From assembly GCF_008065095.1 (NCBI RefSeq), contig NZ_CP042911.1:3015829-3047828 (forward strand): a stretch of DNA of 32,000 bases, written 5' to 3'. The translations under genes were made by a program, and so were the position numbers. Positions 1-8,766 of the stretch are shown here, one piece after another. The notes under the pieces were generated by a model. The model made no database searches, was not told the DNA's origin, and was given only the letters and a program-made list of their open reading frames with translations. This DNA is from Gemmata obscuriglobus (GTDB lineage: Bacteria; Planctomycetota; Planctomycetia; Gemmatales; Gemmataceae). Positions within the stretch are counted from its first letter, which is position 1. Each line of letters starts with the position of its first letter.

Positions 1-66
1 CGACTTGAAAGCCTTTCAACTTGCTGTTCCTGGGCAGGTGCCTAGGTGCCTGGAGCCGGCTCAAAG

Positions 67-2679
67 ATGAACTCGCACACCGACTCGCCGAACCAATCGG
101 GTGAGAGTCACGAGGAAACCGACCAGTCGGCGCCTGACGAGGTCAGTACTCCGCCGTTTACTTTGCAACTTCGGCTCGCGCGGCAGGCACTCGCGAACAA
201 TAATCCAGAGGCCGCGCTCTGTTTCCTCTATCCGGTGTTTGGCCTCAAACCTCACTCGTTTCACCTCCGGCGTCCGTTCCTCCCGTCCCCATCCAACTTC
301 TCGTCGAAGATCACGGAGGTTGTGCCGGAAGCCAGCGCACTTTTGTTGGTGGCGGCAGCGCAGACCGGCCAGATTCGTGATGCCCTTGCGGTCGCGATGG
401 CGGCAAACGGGCTGGTGCAGACCGTCAACGGCAACCACAAGGTCTTTTCGAGTGCGAGTGACTGGCTCGAGGTTTTGGAGAAAGTAAGCGACCTTAACCT
501 GCAACGGGGAACCGCGGCTCGGCTTGCTCGCTGGGCGCGAGAAGGGGTTCGCGTTCTTCGCGAACTTAGCGGGGCTGAATTGATTGAGGACGTCGTCGGT
601 CGGGACACTTTGAACGAGTGGTTCGAACAACCGCATCTCTTGATCGATCAACCTGCCAACGCCGAGGCACTCGCCGAATACTTGGCGGGCGAGCCGGTAA
701 CAGACCGGGAGATCGCCACGCTCGACATCGACGCCTTCATGCACGCGATTGAGCATCGTGATGGCTCTATCCCCGAAGGTGCGGTCGCCATCGCAATTGG
801 ACTGGCTCACGGCCTCAAAGCCCGCTCGTCTGAGGCACAGATTCCGGCGTTCATCAAGGGCGTGTTCGGCAAGGCCGTTACCGGCTCTTTCCTCGCGGAG
901 CTCGAACGTCGGCGCGTTCAACCGGAACGCGCCGTGGAACTCGCGCTCTTCGCCCTCGAACACGACCAGGGGCTGACCGACGCGGGCCGGGCCGAGTTAA
1001 CCGGGCGAGTGGTCGAACGTCTGGCCCAGCTTCCGCCGACTGCCCGCAAGTACCGCGAGCGGTTGCTCGGCCAGGCCGTTGAGTGGGCGCTCACGAACCA
1101 GGCCAGCGGGCATAGTCGGGAGAACTGGCCTGTGGTCGTGCTGTGCTTGGACCGCTTCCCCGGACCGCCCGCGCCGCGCGAGGCGTCCCCCGTCGTTGAG
1201 CTCGAGCGGGGTTCGGCTCCTATTACCGGACCAACGGACGAGGTCGGGGCGGACGTCTTGGCGGCTGGCGAATCGGACGGGGCGCCCGGCCTGACGGTTT
1301 CGGCGGCCGGGGAAGAGGAACCGAGGGCCGTGGGCGCCTTTTCGTACGACGAGCTGAGCTCGGCCGCCCTGGAAGCTGAGCGTGCGGACGAGACGCTTCC
1401 GCGCCGCGGTGCGCTCGAGAACACGCCCCGGCTGCCAGGCGATGGCCACCGCACTCTGGGCGAAGTGGTTGACCAAAGTGACCCTCGCCTCGCCTCGCTG
1501 CTCGGCCGCTATCCCGGTGACCCGGAGCGACCCGTCGTCTTGCTCGGTTTTCAGCCCGTCGGCCAACGCCTGCTCGTCTACACCGTCGAAGCGTCGGAAG
1601 GGAACCCACTTCGCTGGCGAGCGCGAGCTCTTGATGGCGCCGTGGACACGATCCAACGCGCCGTCGAAACCTTCGACGGCTCAATCGCGCGGGCCTGGCA
1701 GGATCATAAGCGCGCCGAGGTGCCCGACCGGAGCCGCGCGCTGGCCGACTCACTGCTCCACGAACTCGGCGCGCATCTCGCCGAGGTTGATGACCTGCTC
1801 AGCGCGGCGGTGTCCGACCTGTTGGCCGCCCACGATCCCGAGCCCAACATCCTGCTCACCGCCGCCGGCGCGGCCCAAGCCCTCCCGCTTGATTTGTTGA
1901 CCGTCCGGTTGGCCGGCGGTTCGGAGCGGCCGCTCGTGCACTGCGGGAGCACCGTTCGTTGGACACCGGGGCTGGTGCTTCAGGAGCGAATGGACACCAC
2001 CGGCAGGCGGTCGGGTGAGGGGACCGGCCGCTCGCTGGGGTGGCTCGCGTACCTGCCCGAACACGACCCAAACGGTCGGTTCGGCGGCTTCTTCAGAGAG
2101 AAGGAGGTCGAGAGCGAAAAGGATCGCTGGTCGCCCGGGGCGAAGTTCCTCCAGCGAACGAAGGGCCGTGGGTGCCAAGGGACGCAGGCGACCGCAGGGA
2201 ATCTGCGGTCGTATTCGGCTGGTCAGTTCAGCGACCTTCTCGTGTTGGCCCACGGCTGCTGGGACCGAGGCGCGGTCGTGCTTTGGGATGAGTTGGTGGA
2301 TTCCCTTGGGGCGGCCCAGTTGGACACGTTGTTCCTGGTCTCGTGCACGATAGGCCGACTCGGGTGGTCAGGTGCTGACGAGCCGATCAGTCACAGCTTG
2401 TTGTCCAACATTCTCGAGCAGGGGTCGGTCTCGCACCTGCTAGCCTTCCGCCACACGATTCCCGATACACCGGCGGTAAAGTTCGCTCTCCGAGTGCGCG
2501 AAGATACGGGTCGCGATCTGGCGCTCGCGCGGAGCGAGTTGTTAAAGTCTTGGTTCCCAAATGGGAGCGCGGCAACGAATGTTTGCCACCAACACCAAGT
2601 GAACACAGGTGATGCGTTCGAACGTTTCGTTGGTGCGGTCTCGATTGCGTACTCGGCAAAACTGGAACCGGTCCGGTGA
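67..2679 (+). CDS. CHAT-domain (caspase-like) peptidase with long helical N-terminal region
   Basis: ORF 46..2679 (GTG start) has its first ATG at 67. The C-terminal ~170 aa show the CHAT His/Cys pattern: 'FSDLLVLAHGCWD' (His), 'LDTLFLVSCTIGRLG' (Cys), 'GSVSHLLAFRHTIPD'. I recognise no motif in the N-terminal ~650 aa. Confidence 0.6.
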   Translation: MNSHTDSPNQSGESHEETDQSAPDEVSTPPFTLQLRLARQALANNNPEAALCFLYPVFGLKPHSFHLRRPFLPSPSNFSSKITEVVPEASALLLVAAAQTGQIRDALAVAMAANGLVQTVNGNHKVFSSASDWLEVLEKVSDLNLQRGTAARLARWAREGVRVLRELSGAELIEDVVGRDTLNEWFEQPHLLIDQPANAEALAEYLAGEPVTDREIATLDIDAFMHAIEHRDGSIPEGAVAIAIGLAHGLKARSSEAQIPAFIKGVFGKAVTGSFLAELERRRVQPERAVELALFALEHDQGLTDAGRAELTGRVVERLAQLPPTARKYRERLLGQAVEWALTNQASGHSRENWPVVVLCLDRFPGPPAPREASPVVELERGSAPITGPTDEVGADVLAAGESDGAPGLTVSAAGEEEPRAVGAFSYDELSSAALEAERADETLPRRGALENTPRLPGDGHRTLGEVVDQSDPRLASLLGRYPGDPERPVVLLGFQPVGQRLLVYTVEASEGNPLRWRARALDGAVDTIQRAVETFDGSIARAWQDHKRAEVPDRSRALADSLLHELGAHLAEVDDLLSAAVSDLLAAHDPEPNILLTAAGAAQALPLDLLTVRLAGGSERPLVHCGSTVRWTPGLVLQERMDTTGRRSGEGTGRSLGWLAYLPEHDPNGRFGGFFREKEVESEKDRWSPGAKFLQRTKGRGCQGTQATAGNLRSYSAGQFSDLLVLAHGCWDRGAVVLWDELVDSLGAAQLDTLFLVSCTIGRLGWSGADEPISHSLLSNILEQGSVSHLLAFRHTIPDTPAVKFALRVREDTGRDLALARSELLKSWFPNGSAATNVCHQHQVNTGDAFERFVGAVSIAYSAKLEPVR

Positions 2680-3848
2680 GGCCCATTCGCTGGTGAAGGT
2701 ACCCGCCCGTCGAGGGTGTGATTCACCGGGCGCGTACTGTACAGGGCCGGTTCGACGGCCATCAACTCGCGGCACACGCCCGCCGTGATCGCGCACGCGC
2801 CTTCAGCCCCTCGCTTGAGGAAGCCCCGCACCCCGGCCCGGAGCCACCCGAGGTAGGTCTGTCGGAACCCGCGCCGCGTCAGCGTCCCGTCCCGCACCCG
2901 CTTCCACTGGTCGAGCAGGATGTCGGCGTAGGTCAACAGGTCCTCGCCGACCCCCGACCCGCCGTTCCCCCGGTCGATCATGGCCTGGAAGTCTCGTCGG
3001 AGGTGCGCCCAGCAGACTTGGCGCTCGCACACAGGGAGGTGGTCGTAGGCCGAGTATCGGTCCGTGGTCAGCACTCCGGGATGGCCCGCGATCAACTCGC
3101 CCAGCACCTTCCGGGCACGGGACAGGCGGACCAGGAACACGGTCACGCGGGCGGTCACCGCGGCCCACAGCCAGCCCCGCTTGCGCCCCTCCGGCCACCC
3201 GGTCTCGTCCACGTTCGCGGGCTTCCCAACGACGTAGGCACGGGCCTCCTCAACGACCGGCCCCAAGGCGACCGCGGCCTTCCGCTGGAGGCCGCATACG
3301 GCGGCCGGGCTGATCGGTACCCCGGACAGGTCCTGGCACAGCCGCGCGACGCCCCGCTTGCCGATCCGGTACGCCCCGCTGAGGAGCGCGCACACCGCCT
3401 GGACCCGCGGCCCGTACCCGCCTCGGGCATCACCCGGTAGGGGCGGGCGGTTGATACGCCCGCAGTTCGGGCACGCGAGCCGGTGCCGACGATATTCGGT
3501 CACCTGCGGGCAAACCGGCGGTAACTCGATGATCTGGTGGCGGAGCGGTTGCGCATCACCCCCGGAGAGCGCGTGTGCGCACCGGTCACAGGTGCTCGGC
3601 CGCAACTCGATGACGTTGTCCGCGGGCAGGTCGGAACGGGAGTGCTTAGGGTGCCCCGGCTGGCCGCCCTTGCGCCTGCTGGATGGGGCCTTCGGCGGGG
3701 CGGCCTTGACGTGCGGCGGGTCGGACGACGGGGGCTTTGAGGAGTTCGTCGAGTTCTGCCCGAGCCGGGCTTCGAGGTAACGGATGTATGCCTGCACCGC
3801 CGGGGGAAGCGCGTCGAAGACCTCAGGTGGTAGCGTTGGAGATGCCAT
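2391..3848 (-). CDS. IS66-family transposase (TnpC-like), probably 3'-truncated; the ORF tail reads through into the CHAT gene
   Basis: ORF 2391..3887, with ATG at 3848 ('MASPTLPP'). IS66 hallmarks are present: 'NSSKPPSSDPP', 'GGQPGHPKHSR', Cys pairs 'CDRC...CPNCG', 'NVDETGW', 'LTTDRYSAYD', 'CWAHLRRDF'. After about residue 385 ('ELMAVEPALY') the expected TNNxAER / RKxSxG tail is not recognisable. The last 289 nt overlap the CHAT CDS in antisense. Confidence 0.7.
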   Translation of the reverse strand: MASPTLPPEVFDALPPAVQAYIRYLEARLGQNSTNSSKPPSSDPPHVKAAPPKAPSSRRKGGQPGHPKHSRSDLPADNVIELRPSTCDRCAHALSGGDAQPLRHQIIELPPVCPQVTEYRRHRLACPNCGRINRPPLPGDARGGYGPRVQAVCALLSGAYRIGKRGVARLCQDLSGVPISPAAVCGLQRKAAVALGPVVEEARAYVVGKPANVDETGWPEGRKRGWLWAAVTARVTVFLVRLSRARKVLGELIAGHPGVLTTDRYSAYDHLPVCERQVCWAHLRRDFQAMIDRGNGGSGVGEDLLTYADILLDQWKRVRDGTLTRRGFRQTYLGWLRAGVRGFLKRGAEGACAITAGVCRELMAVEPALYSTRPVNHTLDGRVPSPANGPHRTGSSFAEYAIETAPTKRSNASPVFTWCWWQTFVAALPFGNQDFNNSLRASARSRPVSSRTRRANFTAGVSGIVWRKASRCETDPCSRMLDNKL

Positions 3849-3946
3849 GCCGCAGAAGGAATACGGAGCAAGACTCACAGCGGCCACAACCGTGAACGCC
3901 TACACCAGGAGATAAATAGCTGAGACTTTAGTACTACTCCGTTACT
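2700..3946 (-). mobile_element. IS66-family element remnant; the left boundary is approximate and no matching second end was found
   Basis: This span holds the transposase above plus ~100 bp of upstream sequence ending in GTAACGGAGTAGTA (minus strand, 3946..3933). That end loosely resembles the GTAAGCG-type termini of IS66 elements. No partner terminus was seen near 2700. Confidence 0.4.
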
Positions 3947-4210
3947 TCGCCACAACTAATTAAATTGTCGCGATTTATGGCGATCTACACCTACAGGTCC
4001 GTGCCCCCGCAATGGGTTCAAATCCCAGCGATTCTGGCTAGTCCGTTCACGAGAGCAGCAAACATTCCGCCGTGGCAGTGAGCATTCCATTTGACTCAAG
4101 TCCAGATCCTACAAGATGTTCCGTCAAGGTGCATTCCGGAGGGGTGTGCATAACACGTTGTAAAACAAGCAGTTGCGGCGAGGTAACGGAGTAGTATTAG
4201 AGGCTCTGAG
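3921..4210. repeat. ~290 bp AT-rich element bounded by ~38 bp imperfect inverted repeats (MITE-like / foldback)
   Basis: The 14-bp perfect core TACTACTCCGTTAC (3933..3946) matches its reverse complement GTAACGGAGTAGTA (4183..4196). Similarity extends about 12 bp on both sides (about 32 of 38 positions match; arms 3921..3958 and 4171..4210). The interior is visibly AT-richer than its surroundings and has no ORF. Confidence 0.6.
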
Positions 4211-4246
4211 GGGCCGGCAATGCACGCCGCCGGCACCTGGAATTGC

Positions 4247-5647
4247 CTAGCGGATTACCCTGGCCACCGCATCCAGTGCCTCTTCTGGTACGAAGAGACG
4301 ATCCGTCTCTGGCAAGGGCTGGGAAAGTGTTCTGAAGCTGTCATCGTCCCGAATAGGGGCCGCCCCTCCTGAGTCATCTACAAAATAACCCCATTCGCTC
4401 GGCGCCTTCGATAACAATGAAAACTTCGGGTGGTCCCGGACGAGATAAGATTCTGGCTCCTTGAAGCCACTATCGATAAGCGCCTTGTTGATCTTCGGAT
4501 ACGCCTCGGGTGATTTCAGAAAACTACTAATCTGTTCAGAAGATCGCGGAACAGATTTGAATAAGGTGCGGGTTCGTATCCTCTTGGCGAGATCGACCAC
4601 GATGGGATCCGCTCCATCAGCCTGAGCCACAATTTCGACAAGCACGTGCAAGGCGAAGTCATCAGCGGACAACAGGGCTTGAAGTGTCACCACTTTGCCG
4701 GCGACCATGTCCATCAAAGGCCCAACGATTCGGTCGCGAGAGAAAGCCGCGAATTGTCCGTCGCGCACGACGGTTTTTAAGCGGCGCAGAAAGAGCGCCA
4801 CCATCCCCTCCGCCGCCCTGACGGTGCGGTGGTAGTACACGGCTTCGTACATGGCACGTCGTGCCACCAAAAAATGCTCGACCACGCGTCTCGATTTGGC
4901 CCGATCGAATCCCACGACAAGTGTCTTTTCGTTTGTTGTCCCCAGTGCGCACGTCGAGATCAACCGACTGAGGTCATATCCCCCAAACGTAACGCCGCAC
5001 TGCTGGCTGTCACGGCGAAGGAAATCGCTGCGGTCGACGTCGATATCGCTATCCAGTAGTCGCGGCAGGTAGGGCAGGTGATACTCGCCAAGCAAAAATG
5101 CACCGATCCGTTCAGCCATCCCGCGCTCGTAAGATTCGAGCATTTGGTGCAGTTCGCCCTCGGGCCAAGCGAGCAGAGCCTGTCCCACGAGAACGTGCCA
5201 CTTCAGCCTGCGCCCTCCCACGGCGCCTGCTGCGGCTGGAAGCCCGAGCCCCTGTCTCCAATTACCCTCGTCGTAGTCCTCACCAATGATCTCGCGCTCC
5301 CATGCGTGCGAGAGGGGCCCGTGCCCGAGGTCGTGAAACAGCGCCGCGAGTGCGAAGTCCCTGATCGCCACCTCGTCGGGGAGCAGAAACGGTGTGATCG
5401 AGTCGCGCCCTACTTCTTGAATGTGCCTGCCAAAGAGTACCGCGAGGTAGGCAGCGCCGATTGAATGAACGAGTCGAGAGTGCTCGCCGCCGGGGAACAC
5501 TAGATGCACAAGCCCGAGCTGGCGGATGTGGCGGAGCCTCTGAATTTCGCGGGTACGAAGCACCTCCACGATGAGCGTCTCCATGCCCCTAAATTCCATG
5601 AGGCCGTGGACACTGTCTTGGATACGCCTTACACGACTCGACCGCAT
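4247..5647 (-). CDS. HD-domain dNTP triphosphohydrolase-like protein (SAMHD1 / dGTPase-like family)
   Basis: 466-aa ORF. The N-terminus 'IQDSVHGLMEF...REIQRLRHIRQLG...GGEHSRLVHSIGAAYLA', then 'LFHDLGHGPLSH', then 'DSDIDVDRSDFLRRDSQQCGV' reproduce the H..HD..D metal tetrad and the DxDRxDYLxRD block of SAMHD1-like HD enzymes. Confidence 0.8.
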   Translation of the reverse strand: MRSSRVRRIQDSVHGLMEFRGMETLIVEVLRTREIQRLRHIRQLGLVHLVFPGGEHSRLVHSIGAAYLAVLFGRHIQEVGRDSITPFLLPDEVAIRDFALAALFHDLGHGPLSHAWEREIIGEDYDEGNWRQGLGLPAAAGAVGGRRLKWHVLVGQALLAWPEGELHQMLESYERGMAERIGAFLLGEYHLPYLPRLLDSDIDVDRSDFLRRDSQQCGVTFGGYDLSRLISTCALGTTNEKTLVVGFDRAKSRRVVEHFLVARRAMYEAVYYHRTVRAAEGMVALFLRRLKTVVRDGQFAAFSRDRIVGPLMDMVAGKVVTLQALLSADDFALHVLVEIVAQADGADPIVVDLAKRIRTRTLFKSVPRSSEQISSFLKSPEAYPKINKALIDSGFKEPESYLVRDHPKFSLLSKAPSEWGYFVDDSGGAAPIRDDDSFRTLSQPLPETDRLFVPEEALDAVARVIR

Positions 5648-5650
5648 AGC

Positions 5651-6979
5651 TCACCCCAGCAATTCAATAAGCGCATCGATCTCGGATTCTCTGCCTCGGG
5701 CCGCCCTAGAGAATGTCCGTAACTGCCTTAGCCGTTCTCTGAGGCGCTGCTTACTCGCCGCCGGCATTCTGAGCACTGCGTTGGTGCGCGGCAGGTGCTG
5801 CAAGAGCTGTTCGAGTTCCGTCTCGATCGCCACGCTCCCGCTACCGATCCCGGACAAAAAGGCGCCCAACTTCTGACCACACAGATGAACGAGTTCCTTC
5901 GCGGTCGCTCGCCTTTCTGGAGCGGCTACCAGCGCCCGCGCCAAGACCGCCCGAAGAGGGTCTGGCACCGAGTCCAGCCTGACGCGTTGCTCCCACTGGG
6001 TGCGCATCCGGTCTCGGATTTTTCCCTCGAATGCTTTTCTCTCAGCGGGGGTCGATGTGCGTGGAACTCTCTCATTGTCGTCGATGAAGAGAAAACTCCC
6101 AGTCACCGCCTTGTACACCGTTGCCCCTAGCGCCCAGACATCGAACTTTCTGGGCTCTGAGGGGTAGGGGCCGTCTTCAAAAAGTTCCGGCGCGCGCGTG
6201 CGAAGACTGCCGGTGACCGACAGTTCGTGTGTGAAATCGCAGGACGTGCGGCAGATGCCGAAATCAAGCAGAATGTACGAACCGTCCTTCTGCCCGATGT
6301 TGTCCGGCTTGATGTCCCCGTGAACGAGTGCCAGTTCGCCGTGCAGGTACGCTATGGCCTGGGCGATGTCGTACAAAAGGTTCGCGGCCTCGTGGGTGCC
6401 ATTGGCACGCCAGGCGTCATTGAGGGCGAAGGGTAGCTTTTCTTCAACGAGAAACTTGTCGCCTTTGACGTTCTGCAGCGGATGTGTGGCGATGATGTTC
6501 GGGTGGCGCATCGCGAGCGGGTGCGACTGAAGTTCTCGGTCTAGAATGAGCTCCTGCTGGGTGCGGTTCCCGAGTAACCGTTTGAGTACAACTTCGCGCT
6601 GCGCCTGCTTCCACTTCGCGTGGTAGACCCTCTTTTGGCTCCCCGTTCGAGACATCGCGGAGATAATCGTGAACCCTTCGGGTGGAATGAGGTTGATGCA
6701 ATCAATGACGGCATCAGGATCGTTTTGGTGCGCGCGGATGAATTTAACAATAAAATTACAATCAATCGGAGACTGAGGACCGTTGCTGAGCTGCTCAATG
6801 AGTTTGCTCAAAAGGCTCGCTGCATTCTCATCCGTCCAGGGATGATCGAGAGCGGTAGCCATCGCCGCCCAATCTTCATCTGACAGTTTTGCGAGAGGAT
6901 GAAACGTATCGTCAATCCTCGCACTCTCGTCGAGAAGCGATTCGAGTACTGATTTGGTTTTTTCCCCCAGGCCAGCCAT
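5651..6979 (-). CDS. Ser/Thr protein kinase with uncharacterised N- and C-terminal extensions
   Basis: This is the in-frame ATG at 6979 ('MAGLGEKTKS') inside ORF 5651..7429. Kinase motifs: 'EVVLKRL' (VAIK-like Lys), 'HGDIKPDN' (catalytic loop), 'LLDFGICR' (DFG), 'RTRAPELF' (APE), 'DVWALGATVY'. The stop at 5651-5653 lies 3 nt from the ATG of the HD gene. Confidence 0.8.
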   Translation of the reverse strand: MAGLGEKTKSVLESLLDESARIDDTFHPLAKLSDEDWAAMATALDHPWTDENAASLLSKLIEQLSNGPQSPIDCNFIVKFIRAHQNDPDAVIDCINLIPPEGFTIISAMSRTGSQKRVYHAKWKQAQREVVLKRLLGNRTQQELILDRELQSHPLAMRHPNIIATHPLQNVKGDKFLVEEKLPFALNDAWRANGTHEAANLLYDIAQAIAYLHGELALVHGDIKPDNIGQKDGSYILLDFGICRTSCDFTHELSVTGSLRTRAPELFEDGPYPSEPRKFDVWALGATVYKAVTGSFLFIDDNERVPRTSTPAERKAFEGKIRDRMRTQWEQRVRLDSVPDPLRAVLARALVAAPERRATAKELVHLCGQKLGAFLSGIGSGSVAIETELEQLLQHLPRTNAVLRMPAASKQRLRERLRQLRTFSRAARGRESEIDALIELLG

Positions 6980-7035
6980 TTTATGCTGCCCTGTGGTGAA
7001 GCTGCTACGTTGGTTGCTGCCAGTCGTCACGAGAG

Positions 7036-8766
7036 AGGTCACGCCACGGTTTGCAGTAGGCCTTGCGGTCCTCGGGGCACGGGATAGGAAAAGCGCGGGG
7101 CGATTTCGCCGCAACTCTCGTGCGGGGCGAGTCATGAGCACACCGCGTTTCACGGCCGAGGAACTCGACCGCCTTCGAGCACTGGCGGCGGAGTGGGGCA
7201 AAATCGTTTCCAAGCGGGCGTTCGGGGACGACGGGCCGGGATTGGACGTGGACTTCCGGACGATGGAGCAGATCGCCACCGCGGCGGCACAAGGGCTCAC
7301 CGAAGGTGCCCTCCAGCAGATGCTCCACCAGCAGGCCCGGAAGGTGCCCGAACAGGTTCCGTGTCCGGTGTGTGGCGAGCCGTGCCCGACCCGACCACAC
7401 ACCCGCACCCTGGCGGCCCAAGGGGCCACGGTTCAACAGGCCGAACGGATCGCCCATTGTCCCGCCTGCCGGCGGGACTTTTTCCCCCCTGCGGCTGGCC
7501 CTCGGGCTGGATGAGCACGGGTACAGTTCCTCGGTCGTTCAACGCATCGTCACGGCCGCCGCCCGGTTCTCCTCGTTCCGGGATGCCGCCGAGGCGGTGC
7601 GGATGACCGGGGTCACGATCAGCGACAACCAGGTGCGCCGACTGGCTCACGAGGTCGGGCACGAGTTGATCGCGCGGCGCGATCGGAAGGCGGTCGAGCA
7701 CCGGCGCCGCCAGTTAGAGCCGCGGACCGCGGTGGTGCCCGTGGCCGTGGTGGTCGAGGTCGATGGGGGGCGCATCCGCACCCGCGCCGCGGGCGCCGGC
7801 CCGGGTGTTCACGAGGCCCAGAACAAGGAGGACAAGGTGGCGTGCCTGGCCACCCTGAGTGGCCCCACGTTCGCCACGGACCCGTGCCCCGAGCCGCCCG
7901 AGTCGTTCCGCTGCCCGCGCCGGGTGCGGCGCCTGGTGCAGCAGATGAAGGGCCCGGCGGGCGAGGTCGCGCCCCCGGAAACCGTGGACGAATCGACGCC
8001 CCCGGTGCCGGCCGGGGAACCCGAAGGGGCCGAGCGGTGGTCCCCGACGCGGTTGGTGCGGACGTGCGTGGCGAGCCTGGAGGGGAGTACCGCGTTCGGC
8101 CCGATGATGGCCGCCGAGGCCCAGGAGCGGCGCTTCTATGAGGCCCCGCGTCGGGCGTTCGTAGCCGACGGTCAGGCGTACAACTGGACCATCTGGCGCG
8201 GGTACTTTGGTGCGTTCGAGCCGATCGTGGATTTCCTGCACGCGGTGTGTTACGTGTTCTCGTCGGCCGCGGCCGTGAGCCCCGATGAGGCGTCGGGTTG
8301 GTCCCAATACGTGGCCTGGATGCGCGCGTGCTGGCAGGGTCGCGTTGGAGAAGTGCTCACCGAACTGGATCAGTGGCAGGCGCGGCTGGGTGAGCCCCCA
8401 CCGGGTGAGGCGGCGACGGCCGAGGAGCGCCGGGACCCGCGCCGGGTGGTGGCGCACGCGCGGACCTACTTGGGGAACAATCGGGATCGCATGGCGTACC
8501 CGCGATACCGGCGCAACGGGCTACCGACGACGAGTAGCTTGGTCGAGTCACTGGTGGGCGAGATCAACGCCCGGGTGAAGAGCACACAGAAGCATTGGAC
8601 CCGGCCCGACGGTGCCGAATCGATCCTGCAACTGCGGGCCGCCGTGCTGAGCCAAGACGACCGGCTCCCACGGTTCTTCGCCGAACGGCCGGGCTCCTCG
8701 TTCCGCAAACGAGATACACTCTGCCACAAATCAGAGGGTGCCACAGCACAAACCGTGGCGTGACCT
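7036..8766 (+). mobile_element. Complete insertion sequence (ISKra4-like), 1731 bp, with perfect terminal inverted repeats and a flanking direct repeat
   Basis: The left inverted repeat AGGTCACGCCACGGTTTG (7036..7053) is the exact reverse complement of 8749..8766. The direct repeat (T)CGTCACGAGAG lies immediately outside both ends (7024/5..7035 and 8766/7..8777). The single transposase gene fills the interior. Confidence 0.85.
7134..8763 (+). pseudogene. DDE transposase (ISKra4-like) split over two frames at a T5C6 run
   Basis: Frame A (7134..7514) encodes 'MSTPRFTAEE...CPVCGEPC...HCPACRRDFFP'. Frame B (within ORF 7306..8763) continues 'LRLALGLDEHGYSS...VEVDGGR...FVADGQAYNW...VESLVGEINARVK'. 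Removing one C from the 7484-7489 run gives a continuous ORF reading 'DFFPLRLALGLDE'. The family name is from memory of similar annotations. Confidence 0.7.

Noticed and set aside
4014-4026. GGGTTCAAATCCC, a tRNA T-arm-like string that might indicate a tRNA gene or att site
   Set aside because: I could not build a cloverleaf. There is no complementary acceptor strand about 65 nt upstream, no D or anticodon arms, and the fifth T-stem pair is mismatched. At most it is a fragment, so I mention it only as a detail of the foldback element.
4041-4056. Third occurrence of ..TCACGAGAG.., resembling the IS target duplication (T)CGTCACGAGAG
   Set aside because: Only 9 bp are shared. By rough expectation, one extra 9-mer match in 64 kb of two-strand sequence is not significant (about 0.2-0.3 expected), and there is no adjacent IS end.
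6980-7429. N-terminal 150-codon extension of the kinase ORF (track gives 5651..7429)
   Set aside because: The extension would run through the target duplication and left terminal inverted repeat of the IS, and antisense into the transposase gene. Its sequence is Arg/Ser/Cys-rich and unlike the rest of the protein. ATG 6979 ('MAGLGEK') is the sensible start.
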